Origin: Tubiluchus corallicola
Taxonomy: Eukaryota > Animalia > Priapulida
DNA: 64,000 nucleotides
Direction of reading: 5' to 3'
Assembly (NCBI GenBank): GCA_030141605.1
Contig: JAQGDQ010000089.1
Coordinates: 124,001 to 188,000 of the forward strand
Shown here: piece by piece, positions 20,401-31,324 of the stretch
Numbering within the stretch: position 1 is the stretch's first letter
Layout of the letters: every line of letters begins with the position of its first letter
Made by a program: the position numbers and the translations under genes
Notes under the pieces: model-generated
The model's input: the letters and a program-made list of their open reading frames with translations, nothing else
The model's database searches: none
Told to the model about the DNA's origin: nothing

Positions 20401-22477
20401 GACAGGAAATAAAATAAGGCCAGTTTTTAGAAACTTCTTGCAAATTACAGTCAAATCTCCTTATAATGCGCAGTTTGAGCCTCCAGAAAAAATTGGCATT
20501 AGGTGAGCTTGGTATCAAGGCAAACTAATACACGCATGTCTATAGACATTTTGCTTTACCAACTTTTTAGGCATTAAGTGAGTTTGGCATTATAAAGGTG
20601 ACATTATAACGAAATTTGTCCATAAATCAGAATTCAGCAAAGACAATGATAACTGTGCATCATGCAATTGTTTGTCACTTAAAAACCATTCTTTGGTGTT
20701 TTAACGAGCTTTTAACAGGAATATCCTGTTTTATTGCTATTAAAAATTCGTTAAAACACAGAGAAAGCAGCTCAAAATGGTTTCAAAATATCTGTTTTTC
20801 TTACTAAAACTTATAATTTAATTTACCCTAGAAAGCTTCATCAAATATACATGAATCAATTGTATTTATATTTGTATGCCATATTTATTAGAGCATATTT
20901 AAATATCTTTGTTCCAATGCAGTAAATGTCATAGATGTGCTGTATATTACACCTCTTAAATAGTTAATAACCGTCTGTGCACTCGTATCTGTGAATTCAG
21001 TTTCCATTTACAAATAATCCCGGTGACATGGAACAATCCTCGATACAGATAACGATGTCACTTACGATTAATATATCAAGATTCGGAGCTAGGTGATCTG
21101 GAAGCACTCGCTTTTCTATCTCCTCCTGTGGGATGCCATCAAAGCGGTCCCTCTTTTTCCGCACTTTAAATGTGTCTGTTATAAGCGTCTGCCCTTCTTT
21201 CTTCACTGGTACCAACTGGCTGTTATACTGATTGCTGTAAAAATGTAACAGTTGCAGTTAATCAAGTTTTAAACCATATATATCCACAATGTTGTGACAT
21301 CCTGGTTAGGTGCTTGCACACACATGCACACATACCGTGGCGCTTTGTAAGTGGACATCTTCAAGAAAAAATAAGTTTTTTTTCAATTGCACATCCTCCT
21401 TCTACTTTTATTTTGTCCAATAAGGACTGTACAACAACTAACATTCTTACCTGTCGTAACTCAGTTCATTTTTTATTTTTATCCGTGGAATGGCGTCTTT
21501 CCTTTCACGCTTATTTTTATTCAGGCTCCCTTTTGGTCGACCACGTTTCTTCTGTGAGGTCAATTTCGCCACCAGGCTTGGTGGGATAGTATTCTCTATT
21601 GGTGTTACGACTGGATCATCAACAAACTCGTACTCATCTATTGGTTCTTTCTTAACATGAACACTAGAATCGTACTGTTGACTGCAAAACAGTATAATAA
21701 AAGTAATTTCTAGAACAATGAGTATCACATCTTTCCTTTGAAACTAACAGACACAACAACTAATGAATTATTAAATTTTGAAACTAAACTCGTCCAAAGG
21801 AAAGAAAAGGCGAAAATGACGATGCAAAGCCTGCATTTGAACCAGAAACATTTTGCTTATATTGTGAATTCACTTGTCACTAGACTACTGTGTCCCAACT
21901 AGGGCCTAATCCAATCCTCATAACTCACCAACCAATTTCTAAGATGATGTTGTCGGTTTTTATTTTAGTAAGCAAATTAAAGAACTATAATACTGGTTCT
22001 AAGCACAAACCTTTGCTGAAAATAAATACTGCTTCTCATATTGCTTGCCCCTTGTTGGCTACCGACTGAATCTCTGTACTGTTGTCCACTGCATAGCTTT
22101 TCCATGCCTGGAATGTACTCTTGTTTTGAAATAGCGTTATATCGAGGACCGACAGCATCGCAGTGTTGGGTTCTTTGCAACCCATCAACCAAGTTTGGGT
22201 TACCCAGCTGTGGACCATCAGTCATATTCGGGTTACAGGACTGCGCCCTATCGGTCACATTTGTGTTACAGTGCTGTGGGCCGTTCGTCACATTTGTGCT
22301 ACAATGTTGCAGTTGCTCAGCCATGTTTTGACTGCAGTGCTGTTCATTAGCTGCACTGCCAATGCACTGAAGACTGCCACCACTGTTGCATTGTTGGCTG
22401 TTCATCAGACTATTCCCATTGCCGCCCGTTGTCATCATCATGTCGGCAGAACTGATTTCTTGAGGCAGAGCTGCCAT
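14492..22477 (-). CDS. TDG: G/T mismatch-specific thymine DNA glycosylase, long invertebrate Thd1-like form, ~1050 aa
   Basis: Phase-consistent coding exons: 22477-22011, 21681-21451, 21234-21066, 20283-20214, 19875-19743, 19098-19016, 18092-18016, 17897-17691, 17035-16852, 16023-14492 (3153 nt in total). Motifs: [40 protein letters not shown] (catalytic Asn), [36 protein letters not shown] (intercalating Arg), AT-hook KKRGRPKGS and PIP-degron [13 protein letters not shown]. Confidence 0.96.
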
Positions 22478-23393
22478 TGCCTATTAAAAAATGAATAATA
22501 CTATTAAGAAGAGCGTTGCACGAATAACTTATGTAAATGCTGCACTTCTTAAAGTACTTTTGCAAGACTGGATTAAATGGCACCGTTGGTAGGGTGTACT
22601 TAGTGTGTGTGGTAGAGCCAAAAATTGTATCATTATAATAATCTTTTGGGTTCAGATGATGAACTGGCAAAGGTGTCTTGGCCAAGTTTGATTCATATAT
22701 ACTCTCTCAAGGAGGTAATTAATCAAGGGTAACAAGGCAGTATAATTTTTAAAATCTATTGAACCAACTGTTACTTGCCCTGAAACATCGCATAGAATGC
22801 TATAGATGTGCATTGTTTAAAAACACCTAAACTTTCCAAATGACTACAGAGCACTGCAGTTCAACACATTTTATTATTTAATAAGTCATACTGCTGATTT
22901 ATTCTAAAATGTAAGATGTCACCAAAATACAGATGGCGCACACGGTTATGTTATTATTATAACTATACATGCACCATGTATAGGGGCATACAGCAGGTCG
23001 TAGTAAGCAAGGACAGCTGCTCGACTAAATTCTGCAATCATTGCGATTCAAATTAAATAACAAAGACGACATTATGCCATTTTTTCGTTAAACCATAATT
23101 AAACTGCTATTTCATTTTCAACAGCATAGTTAGTAGTAAGTGAATGTAGGCATTCTAAGCGAGTTTTTTCTGAAGCAATTTAGATTTTAATTAATTAGTC
23201 TAGTCTTACGACAATTCAAGTGTCCATTTTGATAAATTTTGTGTTAACAATACCTAAAATTTAACGAAGTCCCCTAACCATTGCTGGTCATGCGTGTAAG
23301 CAGAGAGTCTTTTGCATTTATACATACCTAACAAAACCGTCACCTTTTAACGAAAGTCATAAATGCGTACAAATTTTAACACTTTTCTCTTAC

Positions 23394-23690
23394 GTTTTGT
23401 GTACAAGGCTGCACAATTTAAAGAGCCATTTAAAGGGCGCAGTGTAGCGTGCGTTCATTCGTCAATTTTCAGCATAGAGCTAAACGGCGTCCAATAAGTA
23501 ATCATTTTACAATGCTCAGTAATTATCACCCGCCATCTGGGGTCCTTCTAAAGAAGTAGTGGCTAGAGTGATACAGTAATCTACAAATCAGTTCATCACT
23601 GACCTGTTGTAGAGAAGTGTACGCAGAAAGGTCGTAAGGTCATGTCAAGTAAACTAAAGCAGTAAACGGCTCATGAACTGTTTTAACGAG
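23394..23690. promoter_or_regulatory. Putative bidirectional promoter with the non-coding first exons of TDG (-) and the PLCXD gene (+)
   Basis: CpG-richer island bounded by a minus-strand donor (AAAAC|GTAAG at 23394/23393) and a plus-strand donor (GAG|GTATGG at 23690/23691). A YY1-like CAGATGGCGG is at ~23530. In both genes the ATG-containing exon has an acceptor just upstream (22480 and 25549). Confidence 0.55.
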
Positions 23691-25151
23691 GTATGGTTTT
23701 CACATTGACGCCGGTAATTAGTGAATATCTATGACGGGTGTACAGCACTGTATTATGTTTTTTGCATATGTACTATAGTTAGTTTTAGCTACAGCCTATA
23801 TAGATATTAAATTTTTGCCATTCATTATTATAACTCATTTTAAGTTATTTTAACATTGTTTCAAGTGCAGATTCATTGCCTTTTAATATATTTATACAGT
23901 GTTGTTAGTGCGAGCTTATTTCTTGCTAGTGCGAAACGATAATTATTAATGCTGTTTGCAGCAGATTACATTGCATAAAACAATAGCAGATTATTTACAA
24001 TACTTATTGTACTCTAATATTTAATTTAAGTAAATGGAAACAAAGAAAACGTGGAAAGATTTTCTCTTTTAAATGTCATTCTTAAGTTTCATCTTACGTT
24101 TTATTTTAAATATATCCAGACCATATTCGAGTTAAACAATGTTGGCAACTGTGTTTTGCAAAAGTTAGTTTTTTTTTATGTAACAAATGTTTCGTTCCAT
24201 GTGGAGCATTCTCAATGTATATGACAATTAATATCCTAAAAATAAACATGCAATACTGTTACAAAATTTCAAAATAATACACTGTCATAGATTACATTAG
24301 TTTACTTGTCTCATTTCATATACATATAATTATACTATTTAATTACTCACAACTCATTTAATTGTATTGAGACGGGTGGCAAAAGATCATAATATATAAT
24401 AAAATCATATTAGTAGTTAAAAAATGAAAATAATTTTGACATTAAAAAATGTGTTACTTTTTGTTAGTATCTCATATCTATATCGTACAATACCTGAATA
24501 GTGAGCCTATTGTGCAATATAGCAAAAGATCCTGAATAACATGTATATAAGTATAACTGACACAAGCGATATATAATAAGTGACACACAGAGTATGCGTG
24601 GAACTACTTTAGCCAAATTAACGTTAAACTCCAACTTACCAGCAGTTGAAGTTTGTATTTTACGAGTTCAGTTCATTGTGAAATTTGGTAACAGTATTGC
24701 ATGTTTATTTTTAGGATACTAGTGGTCATTTACATTGTGAATGCTGTAAGTGGATTGCAATATCTGTTAAATAAAGAGTTTCTGTACTATTATGCCATGT
24801 TATTGATTGATTCATATGTTTGTGTTGGTATCTGTCAATCTATTCTCCGTGTAATTCTGTAGCTATGCATTGAAATTTCCATTTAACAAAATATGCCTGT
24901 AAAAATGTATTTATTATCAACATTGAAATTCTAGTTTGTATTAATCCTGCATTCAGTCAGCTTTGTTATTTATAAATTATTGGTGTGTGCGTCTGTGTAA
25001 CATGCATGCATCAGTCAACTTGTTATTTATGTAGCCCTATATCAGTGATACGTGTTAATATATTCAAATTTTATTTACATGCAGGTATTTAAACAATTCC
25101 CTGCAAATAGAGAGACATTTACTCGTATATACTTGATTTTAAATAGAGAAC

Positions 25152-25152
<1 letters not shown>

Positions 25153-25188
<36 letters not shown>

Positions 25189-25196
25189 GTAATAAT
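25153..25196. repeat. (AAT)n microsatellite
   Basis: Short, slightly imperfect trinucleotide run. Confidence 0.9.
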
Positions 25197-25567
25197 GCCC
25201 GCTTTTATTAATGAATCAGTTTGTTTTACCAGTTTCTTTTTTTTCTTCTTGTCTATCAATATACTTGCTAACATTTGCTGTATCAGTATCAACAAAGAAA
25301 AAAGAAACTTTGGCATTAATTTGTTGCCTTTTCTTCTATTAAACTTGAGTTAAAAACTAATTATTTCATTAAATTCTTTTAATATTGTGTTGTCATTTAT
25401 GCTGCTAAATTGTATTTCCATAATGAAGAAACTAAATAAATCAAATCCAAACACATAAAAATACTGTAAACCGTGTAAGAAGTGCCTTAGTGGGGTAATG
25501 ACAATTGAAATTAAACCTAGCTGTACCTGAAGTTTTAGTCTTTTACAGAGATCGCCAAACAAGCATC

Positions 25568-27485
25568 ATGAACTGCCGTTCACCATCCCAAACTGTTGTT
25601 GATACAGAAAGGGCTGAGGCCACACTTCCTGATTACTCAGACTGGATGGGAAGGTCACCTCCTCATTTGCATGATGTTGCATTAAACGCCATAGCTTTGC
25701 CAGGTATGATATCAGAATATTAGTTGCAATACTGTAAGAAAAGTATCTGTTAAGGTTATGTACAAAAACAAAAAATCTAGTTATAAAAAGTTGAAGAAAC
25801 GTTACCACTACATTTTAGTTGAATATTATTGTACTATGTATGCAGACAAAAAAGAACAACATTGAAGAAATCAATAAACAGACCTTTTTGAGGAATTTTT
25901 ATAACAGAAAAGTACAATACAGCATTAAAGCATTAAGCAGCGAAAAATCAAATTTTGAAAACTGGCAAAAATTACAGAATACATCACTGAAAAGCACAAA
26001 ATATGCATAAAATAATGGGAAAATTTGTAGCAAATATGCTACATACATTTACAAAAGGCTGAGTAGAACAGTTTGCATACGTATGCAAATTTTGAACATA
26101 AAATAAGAGTACATAAGACATGGTAAACTTCAAAAAGCCAGGGGTAAATTGCCTGATTTTAATTACTGGATGATGCCACTCCTTATCTGTTCTGTTCTGT
26201 ACTCATGTTTTTAAAACACCACAAATGACCAAAGAAGTCTTTTTTTACTATATATTTGGTGTTTATTTTGCTCAAAGTACTGAAGGTAGCTGTTTCACAT
26301 TTTATACTCTGTGTTTTTCAGTGATGTATATTTTGTTATTACAGTAAACTTTTCATTTGCTGTCTTTTTTCATGTCTTTTGTTTTTATCCTTCAATGTTT
26401 TGTGAATTAGGATCTTTTATTATTATAGTACGACTAGAGCCAGAAATTGCCATGTTGCCGTGTTGAGAATTTTTCTAAGGGAGAATACATACACCTCCAT
26501 CTTAGAGGTTATCCTTGTTAATATGTTCCAGTCCTGCGGCATTCATCTACATTGAGTAGGCAATGCTATAAGTTACTAGTAGTCAAGTTGCTTGAGCTTA
26601 AGAGTCTTGAAGTGTATAAAAATTAAATTAACAAACTCCTCTTTTTCAGGAGCTCACGATGCTTTCACATACAGTCTGGATAAGTCGGGTGAAATTGGAC
26701 CAGATCTGTCACCCTTAATCCGTGCCTTAGTCCAAGCTACAGGTAAAATTGGCCGAAGCGTGCTGCAAAACTGGTCCACAGCGCAAGCATTGACTCTTTC
26801 ACAACAACTGGCGGCAGGTGTGAGATATTTTGATATTCGCTTAGCATCTAAAGGTGAGCCCGACCATGATCTGTATATTCTGCATGGTTTGTATGGTGTC
26901 CGCATCAATGACATCTTACTAGAGTTGCACAACTTTCTACTCAAACATCCCACTGAAATTGTGTTTCTAGATTTTAAGCTGTTTTACAAAGTCACAGCTA
27001 CAGAGCATGTTAGACTGTTGAAATTCATAGAAGAAATTTTTGGAGAGAGGCTCTGTCCACTACAGGAAGTGAAACATATCACTCTAAACAAATTGTGGGC
27101 TAATAGACAGCAACTGTTAGTCTTTTACCATGACAGTACTGCCAAAGCATTTTCAAGAATATGGTCAACTGACAGCATACTGTCTCCTTGGCCAAATGTG
27201 ACAAACTTGCGGAAACTTCTGCACATTTTGACAAAGAATTACCGTAGGAAAAGATGTGATAAGACATTTTACGTTACCCAAGGAGTGTTGACACCAACTG
27301 CGATCACGGTAATCATGCATCTTAGAGGCAGCTTGAGAGACATTTTTGCTACCAAAGTAAATCCAGGCATTGCCAAGTGGACAAAAGACAAAAAGGCGGC
27401 TTCGAACTTGTTAAATGTGATCATGACAGATTTTGTCGAAATTGGTGGTGTTATTGAGACCACACTTATACTTAATAAACATTGA
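25568..27485 (+). CDS. PLCXD: PI-PLC X domain-containing protein (PLCXD2/3-like), 323 aa
   Basis: Exons 25568-25703 and 26650-27485 join in phase to give DWMG...IALPGAHDAFTYSL...WSTAQ...QQLAAGVRYFDIR...LHGLYG...HPTEIVFLDF...VTQGVLTP...NVIMTDFVE. These are PLCXD motifs, with both catalytic His present. The paralog number cannot be assigned. Confidence 0.92.
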
Positions 27486-29104
27486 CTCTTGATGGTATTC
27501 CACAGTTTTTGTTATATTCGATTACCAAACAGTGTTATTATGTACTACAAATTTTATGTTTAAAATGTAAAAAATGATAAAAATGATGCAAAAGTATTAA
27601 ACACAAAACTAATGTATTTCAATATATTATTGTTTTTATGAGTAAACTTATGTACAAACTTTTTATATTGTTATGTAGAAGCTTTATGCAAACTGTACAT
27701 ACAAAATCCCATTATAAAACAACTACTAGAAGCAAGGTGAATTGTAAAGACACAGCAAGTCAACTTACGGAATAACAAGGGTTGAGGTGTCTCCTGCATT
27801 GTTAGTGTTAGAGTAGCTGTCAAAAGGTGCACCTCAGTGACTTTAGACCTACCTCTCTAAATCTACCTCTCCATCTACTTTTGCACAAGTGCTAACAGCA
27901 TCATAGCTGTGTATTACTTGTATCATCTTGCTCTCGTTTTCGTTGTTCCTTTTCTGTTGTTATTGCTAAAGCAGCTAGCCTATTGTTGTTTACTCATCAA
28001 TCATTCTATGCTATACCACTGCTTATTAAGCAAGTTCTGGTATACCTGTCAACCTATTAAACCTTTAAATATAGCACTACATAGAACATTATTGCGCATT
28101 ACTGATGTGTTATTGTGGCCATTGTCGCTGTTGACACTGATGTTGGTGTTGTCAGTTAAAGTAAAACTAAACATGACATCTTGCAGATTTTGTAAGAAAA
28201 CATTTTGGAAAGCAACTCGTGATCCCAGGCATAAGTAGATAAACATAGCTGTGTTTTGGAATGTACTAAAGTCGAAACAATTTTTGAACTACTTGTACCA
28301 CGTACACTTTATAGAACATCACTCGAACATCACATTAAAAATTTATGGCTTTAATTATACCTGAATAACGTGATTGGACCAGGGTCATGATGGTCATCTA
28401 GTCCACTAAAAGTTTTTGCCCACAGAAAAACAATGTTTAAGCATCACAGTAGAAAAGAGAGTTTGCAATTTTACTAAGTTAAGTAACTGGTGACCTCAGA
28501 AGAATGTTACAGTTTATCCAAGGTCAAGGTCATCTACTAAAAAATATAATGTCTTTGTGCTTGTGCTTGTTTATAACAGTCAACACAAACGTGGGTAAAA
28601 AATTGCCAAAAAGTAATCACGTAAACTCCAAATCTACCATTTAGAAATATAATATCTTTATTCTGTGTAATACTTGTCATATATGCCACAATAATAACTG
28701 GAATATTTCTGGGAAACAGGGCCAAGCTTAAAAATCATCCAAAGGACAAAGGTCACCTAGAATATACAGGACGAGAAAATGCTGCAACACACAGGAGTGA
28801 TTCAGCAGTGTTTTTGACTTATTGCATCAAGTTTAAAATTGTTAGAGAATGTCGAAAATTAGATGTGCAATGCAGAAAACTAGAAGGTTCTCTTTTATTG
28901 CGTTAAAATAGAAAAAATTGCCACTAGCTGTTCCTACTGGAAGGTACATGTTTATTGACTGAGTAATGTCGCTGCTAGATTTTTGACATTTCACAGTTCC
29001 CATTCATGTTATACCCCAATTATTGGTCATCCACTTAGTTATTTTGTAACATTAATATTAAGATTATTATTAATTATGGAATAAACTTCCAATTATTGAA
29101 TCTT

Positions 29105-29228
29105 GACACCAAGCTTTGAAAAACAGGTAATGTAAAAAAAGTAGGAACACAGCTTGGATTTGAACCAGAGACCTGTTGCTTACAAAGCAGACGCCATAAC
29201 TGCTAGACTATACAATATCCCCAGGGAT
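29105..29228 (-). mobile_element. tRNA-derived repeat (SINE-like), copy 1
   Basis: Minus strand: gggatattgtaTAGTCTAGCAGttatggcgtctgctttgtaagcaacaggtctctGGTTCAAATCCaagctgtgttcc, followed by a T-run. A/B boxes are present; the stems are degenerate. Confidence 0.65.
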
Positions 29229-29407
29229 CATTACAGCCCGAAGTTCATCCATTACAGCTGATCAACCAGTTTCAACATTTCTAATGTTAGATCGCTCACT
29301 AATAGACTGAAAGTAATTATATAAATTTTTCAAGCATTTCGTTATTTTTGTGCTTAAATTTCCTGTCAGAAACTAATTAACGAATTTTGAAAGCAAAATT
29401 TAAAAAA

Positions 29408-29500
29408 ACGGGAAATGTAAAAAAATTGTAACACAGCCTGGATTTGAACCAGGGACTACTGATTATTGTTACCATAAAGGCTAGATCATTATCCCCAGCA
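29408..29500 (-). mobile_element. tRNA-derived repeat, copy 2 (more decayed)
   Basis: Direct repeat of the 29130-29220 segment (aatgtaaaaaaa...aacacagcctggatttgaaccaggga). Confidence 0.6.
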
Positions 29501-30340
29501 AAAAAGTTCATCCCATAAGGGATGATTGTTTTGGACTCTCAAAACTACACATAGCCTTACTCAAATTAGCAGGGAACGTACCCCATAACCTTGAAACACG
29601 CATTCTCATGTCTAATCATCTCACTGTAATGTAGATGGTGTAAGTTTTAACTTTCTAAATGAACTAAAATGGCTTTTTTTCTGTTCACGTGGACGATGTA
29701 AATAAAAACTCGTACACTATGCATTTGATAATTGTTTATCACAAGTCCTGTGTTTTGAAAAAGGCCAAAGGCGATTATTGAACATGCCGTAATAGCGTAT
29801 TGATTATATTGATTATAAATGTGATGATGGTTTTTTGTAAAATTGCTGTCGTCTTTAATTAAAACAATCACAAACGCGCCTTGCATGAACGATATTATTA
29901 CCTGCTCAGGTTAGATTGTAGCCTACTGTCAACAGTGTTACCTGGCTGTTACCGTTAAACCCACACAAGCTGTTAATCAACATTGTATGTTTGACTTCTA
30001 CCTAGCAGCTACAAAGTACGAGCAGAACGGACATGCTGCGAGTCCAAAGGTCTTCACGGCGTCAGCCTTTCCCACTTGTAGGTTTCTCTTTATTAGTCGA
30101 TTTTGTGTAACACGGCAGACACTCCTCCCAGTAAACGCAGGTAACAAAAGGCAGGTGAGTTGTAGTTTTTTGTCACGTTGATGCAGATATGAAAAGTGTT
30201 TTGTGAATTCACATGTAATTGTTGTGTGCAGAAGAATAACGAATTTCAAATGAGTTCTTGTAAGTGTTTGTTAATGAGACTGCACAGCCTATAAGTGCGT
30301 ACTGTTTAACTATAGTAACTGTATACCTCTGGTGAGTCGA

Positions 30341-30573
30341 GCTATTACAAAGCGGCATTTACCATAAGTCCGGAATGCGTTAAGCGGCGTTTACCAGACA
30401 TCCGGAATGCGTTTTGCATATCCAGCTGCGTATAAAGTTATAACGATCCAGTAGGAATAGCTCCTGAAAAAATAACGCAAGTGTCATATGCGGGTTTATT
30501 GAAAATAATATAGTGATTTTTACGCAATGACGCATAACGCATTCCGGATGTCTGCTAAACGCCGCTTAATAGC
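30341..30573. mobile_element. Small TIR element with a duplicated left arm
   Basis: ttaagcggcgtttaccagacatccggaatgcgtt (30380-) is the inverted partner of aacgcattccggatgtctgctaaacgccgcttaa (-30569). A diverged extra copy of the left arm lies at 30341-30380. Confidence 0.7.
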
Positions 30574-30689
30574 GAAATACCAGAATGTATGAAGAGTAAG
30601 ACAGTGTCGGCAATACTCCTTACGTCCTGTTCTAGTAGATATAATGTGGCTATGTGTATTGTGTAGGCTTACTGCACAAATCAGTGTTC

Positions 30690-30984
30690 CCCAGGCAGCA
30701 CAAAAAATCTTGCTACAGCGTTGTGACAATGTTTTGGTAAATATTAGGACAATATGGACTTACCACAACATTGTCACAATATGGAAAAAATAATGTCGAA
30801 AAATACTGGTACAATGTCGTGACAATATTCGTAACAATATCGTCATAACATTGTCACAATATGGAAAAAATATTGACAAAAAACATTGGTACAAGGTTAT
30901 GGCAAGTTAACATTTTTCATACTGTCCCAAGATTTGTAAAAAATATTATGAAAACACTGTGCCAATTTTGTCGTGCTGCCTGGG
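30690..30984. mobile_element. MITE with CCCAG...CTGGG termini (EnSpm/CACTA-like) and internal ~80-bp tandem repeats
   Basis: TIR cccaggcagcacaaaaaat / attttgtcgtgctgcctggg; acattgtcacaatatggaaaaaa is repeated internally. Confidence 0.7.
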
Positions 30985-31324
30985 CCGTTTCCTAGTTGAT
31001 TAAATACTACATCTAGCCAGCTGAAAACTGAAAAGTACGATGATATTCAAATTCGGCATCTTTTACAAGGTTTTCACCGCCACTGCAGGATTCAATTCTT
31101 ATTATTAACTAGCTACCTACAGAACCACCATAAGTTGACTCTGACTTTTAGTCTGCAACTTTTAGGATGTACAAATGTAGAAATAAAACCAATTGCTCCA
31201 TAATGTTTCCTCAAATTATTTGATCAAAGAAATTTACGGCATATAAAAAGCAGAAAGTACAAGATACTATATTAATGTTCATGCACACGACGACTTAAAT
31301 CTTATTGCAACAAACCAAATTTTG

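Noticed and set aside
20997-21065. Read-through past the TDG donor at 21066 gives ...SMSPGLFV, echoing GINPGLFA
   Set aside because: The true catalytic exon is at 20283-20214 with clean splice sites. The PGLF match lacks the catalytic Asn and is followed by a stop, so it is probably chance.
28370-28760. Clusters of GGTCA/TGACC words (also ~41700-41950 and ~44030-44410) as nuclear-receptor enhancers
   Set aside because: More likely decayed Helentron/HINE-type repeats, which are rich in these words; boundaries could not be defined.
29140-29228. Possible functional tRNA gene
   Set aside because: The D-arm and acceptor stems do not pair properly and diverged copies share flanks, so I treated it as a tRNA-derived repeat.
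30760-30900. Regularly repeated motifs that could suggest a CRISPR-like array (also 58098-58295)
   Set aside because: The context is eukaryotic, the units are diverged tandem repeats without unique spacers, and there are no cas genes.
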